NCBI GenBank assembly: GCA_016192455.1 | Contig: JACPUC010000019.1 | Span: 62,001 to 126,000, forward strand | DNA from: Candidatus Tectimicrobiota bacterium | GTDB taxonomy: Bacteria > JACPUC01 | Direction: 5' to 3' | Length of the DNA stretch: 64,000 nucleotides | Part shown: in pieces, positions 40,622-49,058 of the stretch | Numbering within the stretch: position 1 is the first letter of the stretch | How the letters are laid out: each line of letters opens with the position of its first letter | Notes under the pieces: generated by a model | What the model saw: the letters and a program-made list of their open reading frames with translations, nothing else | Databases searched by the model: none | What the model was told of the DNA's origin: nothing | Position numbers and translations under genes: made by a program

Positions 40622-41611
40622 CTACGGAGCAATCAAGCTGCGGACGTCCATCTTCTTCTCGATCAATTTCCATTTGAACGACAGGTCCGCGGCGTGCTGG
40701 AGTGGGCCGACATGAAGACGCCAATCCCAATTGTTCCAGGCCACCTTGTCCACGAGAGCCGGATTCATTTTCAGATGCTCGATGACAGCTCGCCGGCGTT
40801 CCTCTGGGTGGGCATTGATGTACTCGATGCTCTTTTGGTTCGCGGTCCGGAAACGGGCAAGAAGGTCTTGATTTTCCTGCACCCACGACTTGCGCGCCAC
40901 CCAGACCGAGATGGGGAAGAGTTCCTTGCTCACTCCCGCCAACGGATAATCAATGATGCGAAATTTGTGTTTGTCCTGAAAGATCGGCACGAAGGGCTGC
41001 ACCGTAACGATGGCGTCAGTCTGCTTCATCTTCAGCGGCGTATCCATGCGTGGAAATGGAACCTCGATCCATTTCACCGAATTGGCTTTGGCGCCTTGTT
41101 TATCCATCATCTCTTGAATCGTGATCGTCAAGATGTTGCGTAGGGTATTTACGGCGATGGTCTTGCCTTCAAGATCTTTCAGGCTCTTGATGGGCGAATC
41201 CTCGAGCACCATGATCGCCGTGGTCCCGGCGTAGCCGAGCGGCGTTCCCGGTTGCGGGATGCGTCCCTCGTAACTAATACCTGCCACCGCTAGATAATCG
41301 AACCCCTGATCGACCGCGATGAAGACGGAGACCACATTGCTGAAGCCGATATCAATGCTGCCGCCAGAGATAGCCGGGAGGATTACCGAGCCACCTCGCA
41401 GGTCGGTAATGAGGAGATCGAGGCCCTGTTCCTTGTAGAATCCCCGATCGGCGCCGCTGAAGACGGGCGCCAAGCCCATCATGCGCATGATGCCCAACTG
41501 GAGTTTTTTCGGTGTCTGCGCCGCAGCCGAAACTGCTACACCGAGCGCCAACGTGAGAACCAAGCAGCCGATCCCCAGCTTGCGAGCTCCACCATTCTTC
41601 CTGTGCGCCAT
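40622..41611 (-). CDS. Orphan NitT/TauT substrate-binding protein, close paralog of 18439..19434
   Basis: Signal peptide; shared VILPAISGGS, PLGY.GT, DSPIK..KDLEGKTIA, VKWIEVPFPRM. Confidence 0.9.
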   Translation of the reverse strand: MAHRKNGGARKLGIGCLVLTLALGVAVSAAAQTPKKLQLGIMRMMGLAPVFSGADRGFYKEQGLDLLITDLRGGSVILPAISGGSIDIGFSNVVSVFIAVDQGFDYLAVAGISYEGRIPQPGTPLGYAGTTAIMVLEDSPIKSLKDLEGKTIAVNTLRNILTITIQEMMDKQGAKANSVKWIEVPFPRMDTPLKMKQTDAIVTVQPFVPIFQDKHKFRIIDYPLAGVSKELFPISVWVARKSWVQENQDLLARFRTANQKSIEYINAHPEERRRAVIEHLKMNPALVDKVAWNNWDWRLHVGPLQHAADLSFKWKLIEKKMDVRSLIAP

Positions 41612-41698
41612 CTCTTCTCCTCCTCCACCTCACGGACGGGTAAGCAAAACCTGGCCGCGCGATTCCTCTCTCGTGAAACACCACCCATGGGGATGGCT

Positions 41699-41721
41699 GT
41701 TGCACATGCCGAAGTTGCAAC
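41699..41721. promoter_or_regulatory. Inverted-repeat operator GTTGCA-N11-TGCAAC (copy A)
   Basis: GTTGCA-CATGCCGAAGT-TGCAAC followed by TCCGCGTGG; second copy at 43849. Confidence 0.6.
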
Positions 41722-41790
41722 TCCGCGTGGAGACCGCCGGCTCTCTGCCGTGCACGGCACGGGCAAGCGCAATCCTAAGGGTGGTGTCAA

Positions 41791-41819
41791 AGCATGGCAC
41801 GAATCGCCGATCCCTGCAA
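41791..41819 (-). promoter_or_regulatory. Extended -10 sigma-70-type promoter (shared signature A)
   Basis: Minus strand TTGCAG-N17-CATGCT with CGTGC directly before the -10. Confidence 0.55.
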
Positions 41820-42298
41820 GCACCAGTTGCCAACCATCGACAAGGTGCAGACCACTCCACACCTGCCCCAGCCAAGCGGCCCGGTCTCTTCGCGCACTAC
41901 CAACCTGGCTGCCGGCAGACAGGCCCCGCTTCGGCCTCGCGCCTCATCTAAAGCGGCGTTGCGGGATCTAGCGTATCTCCCTGGCCCATGTTTATCACTG
42001 AGCACCATTGCACCATTATTCATGGCCTCAAAACGGCTTATGATCTCCCATGAAATCTTGAAATTACGTACTTACTGAATCCCAACCCCAGGGCGGCGAT
42101 CGCTCTGCGTGAAGACTTTCGCCCGCTCAAGCAAAGAAACCTCGCTACTCTCCCCTCCCGCCACGGCGGATAAACTGCACGTAGTCTCAAAGCAGCCGTC
42201 CACAACCGTTCCAGTGAGCATGGTCTTGTTGCCCCAATATCTTCCTCGACCAACCGCAAGCCAAAGACACGCTGCTCTGCGGTGAAAGCGCACCCGTT

Positions 42299-43678
42299 TC
42301 ATCCTTTCATCTCAGTTTTCACTTTTTCCCAAAGTATTACTGCCTTGGCCCGAGTGTCGACCGAGAGTTCCAACCGTTGAGCGTACGGCCCCAGCGGACG
42401 CGTCGAGTCGATCCCTACCTTTGTAGTAACGCCCTGCTCCGTCGTCGAAGGATCCAAAATGACTCCCATGGAGCGCGGCATCACCATGATGCTGCGGTCC
42501 CCTTGCATGCGAGTAGACAACGACCACAGCACATCTTTTTCGTTAAAGACATCCACGTCGTCATCGACCACAATCACCAGCTTGCAGCCATGATCAATTC
42601 CAAAAGCGGCATAGATTGCCTGTTGAGGCTGGCCTTCCGCGGTCTTCTTGATTGAGATGTAGCAGTGGAAAATTCCACAGCCAGAAATCGGCACATGGAC
42701 CGCTTTGACATTAGGAACCGTGCGGCGCACTGCCTCGATGACATCGACTTCACGCGTAAATCCCATGACAGTGTTATGATCGCCCGCAAAACCGGAACAA
42801 ATACTCTGATACAGAGGTTCGTCCCTGTAGGAGACGGCCTCGACAAGGAAGACATTCTGGGTACTCCGCGACGAGGCATAGCCTGTAAATTCGCTGAACG
42901 GTCCTTCCGGTTCGCGCACGCTGGAAAGAATCCTTCCTTCGAGGACAATTTCGGTCCAGGCTGGAACCAGAAGATCAATCGTAGCGCAGCGCGCCACTTC
43001 CATCGGCTCTCCAAAAAGCCCGCCGATCAGCTCGAACTTGCTCTCGTCGTATGGCAAGAGCGCCATGGAGGCCAGGGAGTGGATGGGATGCAACCCTATA
43101 CATATTGCTGCCGGCAGGTCCTGCTTCAGCTCTTCCGCGCGAAGCTGATACTCCCAGACGCGGCGCCGGCTGTGCAAGCTGATCCCAAGCCTGTTTTTTC
43201 CCTTGAGCATGCAACGGTGATACCCCAACGTATCGGTGCCGCTCTTAGGGTCACGAGTGACCACCATGGCGGCGGTAATGTAAGGAGCCGGATCGACTGG
43301 GAAATGCGTGAGGATCGGCAGCTTCGTCAGGTCAACTTGGCTGCCGATCTGCACGTTGGCATGAAAAGGAGCCTTGTCTATCTCGGTGGGGGCGAATCGG
43401 TTCACACTGCGCTGCATAAATGTTTGCGTTGCCTGAGCAAGGGGAACACCCAAGGCGTCGGCAAAACGTTTTCGATGGGAGATGACGCCGGTGACCACGG
43501 GAATATCGAAACCCTTGATATGATCAAAGAGAAACAAAGGATAATGGCCATGCCGTTCGGCCTCGAGCATCAGGCCGCTCACCTCGTACTTGGGATCAAT
43601 CTCATCGTGGATGTGGAGCACTTCATCTGGTCGCTCGCTTTCCATCTTTGCAATAAAATCTCGCAACGCCTGACCCAT
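42299..43678 (-). CDS. UbiD-family decarboxylase
   Basis: LRDFI, LPILTHF..DPAPYIT, GYHR, EGPFSEFTGY, IVVDDDVDVFN, LDPS, KVGIDST; RBS AGGAG before ATG 43678. Confidence 0.93.
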   Translation of the reverse strand: MGQALRDFIAKMESERPDEVLHIHDEIDPKYEVSGLMLEAERHGHYPLFLFDHIKGFDIPVVTGVISHRKRFADALGVPLAQATQTFMQRSVNRFAPTEIDKAPFHANVQIGSQVDLTKLPILTHFPVDPAPYITAAMVVTRDPKSGTDTLGYHRCMLKGKNRLGISLHSRRRVWEYQLRAEELKQDLPAAICIGLHPIHSLASMALLPYDESKFELIGGLFGEPMEVARCATIDLLVPAWTEIVLEGRILSSVREPEGPFSEFTGYASSRSTQNVFLVEAVSYRDEPLYQSICSGFAGDHNTVMGFTREVDVIEAVRRTVPNVKAVHVPISGCGIFHCYISIKKTAEGQPQQAIYAAFGIDHGCKLVIVVDDDVDVFNEKDVLWSLSTRMQGDRSIMVMPRSMGVILDPSTTEQGVTTKVGIDSTRPLGPYAQRLELSVDTRAKAVILWEKVKTEMKG

Positions 43679-43848
43679 ACTCCTCATCCTCCTGTATGAA
43701 CCGAGCACTACCCAGCAGGCTGGCGGCGGCGGGCCAAGCCCATCGTCCGGACCGCCATCGCGGCTTCGATCCTCGAAAAGATCGCGCCACTTTGTAAAAC
43801 CCAATTTGCTTTCTTCCTTTGGGAAAGAACCACCCTTCGGAGGAAGAT

Positions 43849-43871
43849 GTTGCAAGTGCGCGAGGTGCAAC
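43849..43871. promoter_or_regulatory. Inverted-repeat operator GTTGCA-N11-TGCAAC (copy B)
   Basis: GTTGCA-AGTGCGCGAGG-TGCAAC followed by TCCGCGTGG. Confidence 0.6.
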
Positions 43872-43914
43872 TCCGCGTGGTGGTGACCACGCTCAACCAA
43901 AGAGGTGGACCTTG

Positions 43915-43943
43915 AGCATGGCACGAATCGCGCCCCGCCACAA
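43915..43943 (-). promoter_or_regulatory. Extended -10 sigma-70-type promoter (shared signature B)
   Basis: Minus strand TTGTGG-N17-CATGCT with GCGATTCGTGC before the -10. Confidence 0.5.
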
Positions 43944-44680
43944 GTCTGAATCCCAGTGCCTCGACTACCAGGATAAGGAGAAAAAGGAATGTCCTGACCA
44001 ATGACCACATTTAGGAAGAGGGGCTGGAAACCCTGGAGAACTCCGCCATGAGCCGCGCCGTGCGGTGAATCCCAGCCTCGCGGGGGAGCTGGTTCTACCC
44101 ACGGGCAGATGGTCCGCTCGAGCGGTTGGGCGAGGCGCTGACAAACCTTCAGCGGCTTCTGCTCTGTGAAGGGGTCGTCCCGTCGCCGGAAAAGATGGGG
44201 GTGCGAAGCGCCGCTAGGCTGGCGGGCGCCTGCTGCACCTGCACGCCGGAAATGCGAATGCGCACGGAGGTAGTGAGCGGGGGAATGAGCAGTTCATCGT
44301 TCGGAGAGACAACGATGTCACAGGTGCCGGGAGGACCTGAACGGCGAAGGGCCCGTCAACCTCCGTGCTGGTCAGTGCGGCCAGCGGCTGCGCGCGCAAC
44401 CGCGCCTGCGGCACCCCTGCGAAGGTGAGCGCATTGAGAAGCGTGCCCCTGACCGCGAACCTGGAGGAGGCCATCCCGGGCGTCAAGAGGCGTGCCGGCA
44501 CAGGCAGGCCACGCAGGACGCACGACTCCCCTCATCTGCCTCCGTGGCAGGAGCGCCTCCCGTGGATGCTCGTATTTAAGCCCGAGTAAGCGCCGGCACC
44601 AGGAGCAGCCCGAACCGGAAGGAAACCGCTGAGCATCTCACCTGGCTTTGGGTTGACCGCGCGGCTGCCGCGGCGCTCCG

Positions 44681-45100
44681 CTACCGCGGCGCTTCCCCGC
44701 AAGAGGTGGCCGACGCTTGCCATTCACCGCGGGTTTGTAGACAGAGCAGCAGGATGACAAGTCCCATCAACGTATCACCAATGCCGGCGAGGAGAACGAT
44801 GCGGGAGGCCCGGAAGACGAGCACCTCGCCGTAGAGGAAAAGAACGGCGCACAGTTTGGAGACAACGGTGAACCATGCAAAGGCGCGGAAACGGCGGAGA
44901 TCGACGGCGGGCAAAAGGTAGGCAATGCCGAGGATGAAGAGGAAGACGCCGCTCTGCCGCGGGTAGAAGAGCGATGGTCCCTGCTGAAAGCCGAAGGCCT
45001 GCAGGACGGGGGCGGTGAAGAAGTAGAGCAGCAACCCCAGGACTAAGCTGTGCAGAGAGACCAGTCCCATCACCAGTCTGAAGGCTCGCGCGTAGTTCAT
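44681..45100 (-). CDS. Small four-TM membrane protein of unknown function
   Basis: Four hydrophobic segments; starts 8 nt after the upstream gene's stop. Confidence 0.75.
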   Translation of the reverse strand: MNYARAFRLVMGLVSLHSLVLGLLLYFFTAPVLQAFGFQQGPSLFYPRQSGVFLFILGIAYLLPAVDLRRFRAFAWFTVVSKLCAVLFLYGEVLVFRASRIVLLAGIGDTLMGLVILLLCLQTRGEWQASATSCGEAPR

Positions 45101-45108
45101 CGCCAGGC

Positions 45109-48045
45109 TCAGAAGGAGTAGAGGACGATGTAGAGCACCGCCAGCAGCAACATGCTGCTTCTCAACAGGGGACGTAGACGCCTGACCTCATGGGATTGGA
45201 GAAGACGGAGCATGCGCTGCAGCACGAAGAGCGACACCGCCATTCCCCCCAGCACCACGAGCACCTGCAGTCCCTTGACGGCGAAGGGCGGGACATGCAG
45301 GTAGCTCTCTGAGAACTTAATCCCAAAGGGAGCCAGGGCCATCGGCACAATCTTCCACGAATCCAGCAGGAAGGGCATGAGATGGTAGGCGAACTCCGCG
45401 GCCAGAATGAGGGGCACGGCAACGTGGGTGAGGCGGCTGAAGTGCAGCCGCGGGCTCTCCTCGGAGCGCCGCGCAAGCAGCCACGCCACCCCGCCGAATG
45501 AGGCAAGCACCGCGGCCAGAGCAGCCACCATGACGACGAAGGTGGACAGATAGGCGGAATCAGCCAGCAGGGGCCAGGCGTACTCCAACGGTCCCTTGAC
45601 GAGCAGGCGACTGACCTGGGTTGCGAGGAGAACGGGGATCAGGAAGTCGATGCTGACGATCGGCTGACGATTGGCCCACAGCTCCGCGCCGGGGAACCGC
45701 AGGTTCAGGCGCGGCGACTGGTGGGGGCAGAGCTTCAAGCAGTTGCCGCAGAGGATGCAGTACTCATTGGATTGCAACGAGAAGGCCCCCTGGTACATGG
45801 GGCAGCCCGCCACCTCCTCATTGCCGGTATAGCAGGCATGGGAGAGGCACTCGTTCTTGCAGATGTTGGTGTTGGCACGCAGCTCCAGGGGGGCTGCGGT
45901 GGCGAAGCCGGCGCTGGCGCCCCCCAGCGGACAGGCGTACCGACACCAGGCGCGGCGGTCAAAGAGAAAGCCGAAGACGACGGCGCCGCTGAGGATCGAG
46001 AGCAGGAGAACAGCCGTCGCCAGCGGCCAGGTGCTCATGTGGGTGGACTGCTCGGCCCACATGATCGTGAAGAACCCAGCCGCGCTCAGCGGCAGGGCAT
46101 AGCGGCGCAGGAAGGAGGGAACCTTCCAGCGCCGGCCGCCGAGGCGCGAGACGACGTCCCCGACCGCCGCCATGGGGCAGAGGCTGCACCAGAGCCGCGC
46201 GACGACGAACCAACTGGCCACCAACGCCGGCCACCAGATGGCCCAGACGAGGGGCAGGGCGACGTTGCGCTCCGCTTGCTGGGGGCCCAGCAGGGCGACC
46301 AGAATGATCACGAACAGCCCCACCACCGAGAAGAGTTGCGGCAGACCGGGGTAGAACCGGCTTTGCATCAGCTTGCGCAGCGGCTCCCAGCGAATGAGGT
46401 TAACGCGCTCCCGTTTCTCCAGCGCCGAGATGCCGACGAAGATGTGCTCGGCCCCCAAGTGCTCTCCCTGGGCCAGGTGCACGCCTCGGCGGATGGTCTC
46501 CTCCAGTTCCGCCAGGTTCTCCGGCCAGTCATAGGCGAAGAGCACGTTCATCGCCTCCTGGGTAAGGCCGGCGAGGCGGTTCCGACTCAGCGCGCTGTGC
46601 TTCTTGAGATAGTGGGCGATGAAAAGGCTAAGGTCCTTCTTGCGCTCGGAAAGTGCGGGAACCCGCACGTGCCGGGTGGCGAGGAGTTGGTGGAACTCCT
46701 CGAGAAAGGTTCCATCCTCGACGCGCTGGCGCAGGTCGACATCCGTGCCCGCCACGATGCGGACCTGCGCGCGGCGCACCAGCTTGTCGCCCAAGCGCGC
46801 AAAGCGCCCCGTCTTCATGAAGTCGAGGAGCTGCTGCTGCACCGTCAGGTGGAGCCGCTCGACGTGCTCGATATAGAGGGTGCCGCCGTCCGCGACCTCC
46901 AGGCATCCGAGGCGCCGTTGCTTGGCAAACGAATGCCCGCCGCGCTCGTGCCCGAACAGGGCGCTGCACTGCGACATCTCGACCACCAAGCCGTCGTGCT
47001 CCGCCTCGTCCTCGGGCTGGGGCTTGGCGCGTTTCGCGCCGTGATTCTGACCCTCACCCAAGGCCGGCAGCGAGGCGGCGTCGAAGACCAGGAAGTGATT
47101 GTCGCTGCGGGGACTCGATTCATGGAGGTGACGCGCGACGATCGCCTTCTCGGTGCCCAGAGGACCGCTGATGAGCACTGGCTGATCAGTCGGCGCCACG
47201 TTCTCGATCTGCCGCCGCAGCGCCTTCATGGGGGAAGAGGCGCCCAGCAGAGGGCCGGCGGCGGCCTGCGTCTGTTCCAGCAAGAAGTCGCTCAACGCGG
47301 CGCCGTGGTCGAGTTCCTGCTCCAGACGCACGTCCGTTTGCCGCAAGCGCTGGGCCAGAATCGGCACGAAGGTGCCGGCCAGCGAGGGCATCTCCCGCAG
47401 CAGGACATCGAAGCTCGCCGCGGAGATGCTGAGGAGCGTCGACTCCTTCAGGGCGCGCACCGAAGCGGAGCGCGGTTCGCCGGTCAGCAGCGCCATCTCC
47501 CCCAGGGTCTCTCCCGGCCCAAGCCTGGCGATTTCCGGCTCCCTCCCCCTCTCGATGGTGCGGAAGATGGAAACCTGGCCTGAGATGATCAGGTAGAAGG
47601 CATCCCCCGCTTCGTCCTGCAGGAACACCAGTTCGGAAGGGCCGAAACGCTTCTCCTCCGCAACCTCTGCCACTTTCGTCAGTTGTTCGTCGGAAAGCGT
47701 CTGAAAGATCGCGGTGGAACGCAGACGGTCCTTGCGCTGCTCGAACAAGGCGCCCTGAATCGCTTCCTCATCGCAAAATCCCATCTGCAGGAGAATTTGG
47801 CCCACCAGCTTCGGCACCCCGGTGGTGAGGAGCTGCGCGGCGTGGCTTAAAGCGGTCTCGATCTGCGTCGGGCTGCACGCGCCTAAGTGGACCAAGTAGT
47901 CCCCCAGGCGTCGCTGGGCTGGCTGTTCATCGGGTTTGTCTGGCAGGTTTGACTGAGTGGGGGGAGGGGAAGGAGAGGTATTGGGCGCAGCCACCGGCGG
48001 GGAGCCGGATTCAGCAACGAACGACGCGCTTGAAGCCTGGTCCAT
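45109..48045 (-). CDS. Multidomain protein: MshEN-like + cNMP-binding + degenerate sigma-54 AAA+ + membrane 4Fe-4S (NapH/Fer4_5-like)
   Basis: RLGDYLVHLG / VGQILLQMG...LFEQ; GEMALLTGEPRSASV; GPLGTEK, LFGHERG, YDWPENLAEL; TM helices with WCSLCP, WCRYACP, CILCGNCLKLCP. Confidence 0.85.
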   Translation of the reverse strand: MDQASSASFVAESGSPPVAAPNTSPSPPPTQSNLPDKPDEQPAQRRLGDYLVHLGACSPTQIETALSHAAQLLTTGVPKLVGQILLQMGFCDEEAIQGALFEQRKDRLRSTAIFQTLSDEQLTKVAEVAEEKRFGPSELVFLQDEAGDAFYLIISGQVSIFRTIERGREPEIARLGPGETLGEMALLTGEPRSASVRALKESTLLSISAASFDVLLREMPSLAGTFVPILAQRLRQTDVRLEQELDHGAALSDFLLEQTQAAAGPLLGASSPMKALRRQIENVAPTDQPVLISGPLGTEKAIVARHLHESSPRSDNHFLVFDAASLPALGEGQNHGAKRAKPQPEDEAEHDGLVVEMSQCSALFGHERGGHSFAKQRRLGCLEVADGGTLYIEHVERLHLTVQQQLLDFMKTGRFARLGDKLVRRAQVRIVAGTDVDLRQRVEDGTFLEEFHQLLATRHVRVPALSERKKDLSLFIAHYLKKHSALSRNRLAGLTQEAMNVLFAYDWPENLAELEETIRRGVHLAQGEHLGAEHIFVGISALEKRERVNLIRWEPLRKLMQSRFYPGLPQLFSVVGLFVIILVALLGPQQAERNVALPLVWAIWWPALVASWFVVARLWCSLCPMAAVGDVVSRLGGRRWKVPSFLRRYALPLSAAGFFTIMWAEQSTHMSTWPLATAVLLLSILSGAVVFGFLFDRRAWCRYACPLGGASAGFATAAPLELRANTNICKNECLSHACYTGNEEVAGCPMYQGAFSLQSNEYCILCGNCLKLCPHQSPRLNLRFPGAELWANRQPIVSIDFLIPVLLATQVSRLLVKGPLEYAWPLLADSAYLSTFVVMVAALAAVLASFGGVAWLLARRSEESPRLHFSRLTHVAVPLILAAEFAYHLMPFLLDSWKIVPMALAPFGIKFSESYLHVPPFAVKGLQVLVVLGGMAVSLFVLQRMLRLLQSHEVRRLRPLLRSSMLLLAVLYIVLYSF

Positions 48046-49058
48046 AGCGATTTCCTGACTCCTGTTGCAGCAACGATACCCGCCGGAGACAGGCCAGGAA
48101 AAGCTTCGAAGCTGGTACGTCTCCGTGCTCAGGGAGTATCTTCCGCGGAAAATGCTGCAAGGATCATAACTGCCCGCGGTCAGCAGCCGACAGGACTACC
48201 CGCTTTGCGCTCTCTACTTGTGTTCGATAAGGTTCTCTCGCTCTCCCCCGTTGCCCGTTGTGTGTGCTGGTATGCCGGGGGCAACGCAGTGCTGCAAGCG
48301 GCCCTTGGCGCGGCGCCGTTGAGGCGCTGACACGGCACCGCGCTTGTTCATGCCGTGGCCGCCCGCAATCTAACAGATTAACTTGCCACCTATGGCAAGC
48401 TCACGCTTTGATACATGTCAAGAGTTGCCGGCAATTCGAGGGGAGCGGCGTGGCGTTCCTGGTGCTGCCACCAAGGTGCAGCGTGACACGGAAAGCACCG
48501 CGCGCCATCCACCCGCAAGGGGACGCTGCTGCGGCCCCGGGGCATGAGATGTGAAGCTTGCGGACTGTGAGCGGCGATCAAGGGCGCTATGCAGCTATCG
48601 CGGCATCTCATCGCTTCTGTCTTCGCGGCATGAATTCTGTGGGGGACCTCGTTCCCGCGGCCCCCGTTCCGCGAGCGAACGGCGGCGAAAAGGGCGCGGC
48701 AGCTCGAATTTTCCCAGAAGCAACGTCCCCTCGCGCCAGGAGGTTTTCGCTCACGAGTCTTTCTCTGGCGTGGCGTCCTGGTGCGTCAGATGCTTCCCTG
48801 GGACGGACCACCACCCCCCCCCGCCGGAGCCGCAAAGCGGCTTGACCCCTCGCCGCGCCCTTGTTAGAATGCGGGATAATTCCTGGACGTCGAGGCAGGC
48901 TGGCGCAATCAATCGGGACATGGCTCGCCAAGCTTCGTGCCGGGCACGTTCCTGCTCAGCAGGATCGTCTTTCCCGTGGTCGGGGTCTTGGCATCAACAA
49001 GTCGCCCCCGGCCGTTGGGCGGAGCGGTGCGGGTGAGCGCACGTCGGGAGTGAGGGTT

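Noticed and set aside
44030-44680. Possible structured RNA or gene in the 650-bp gap
   Set aside because: No recognisable RNA family consensus, and the short ORFs lack RBS and motif support.
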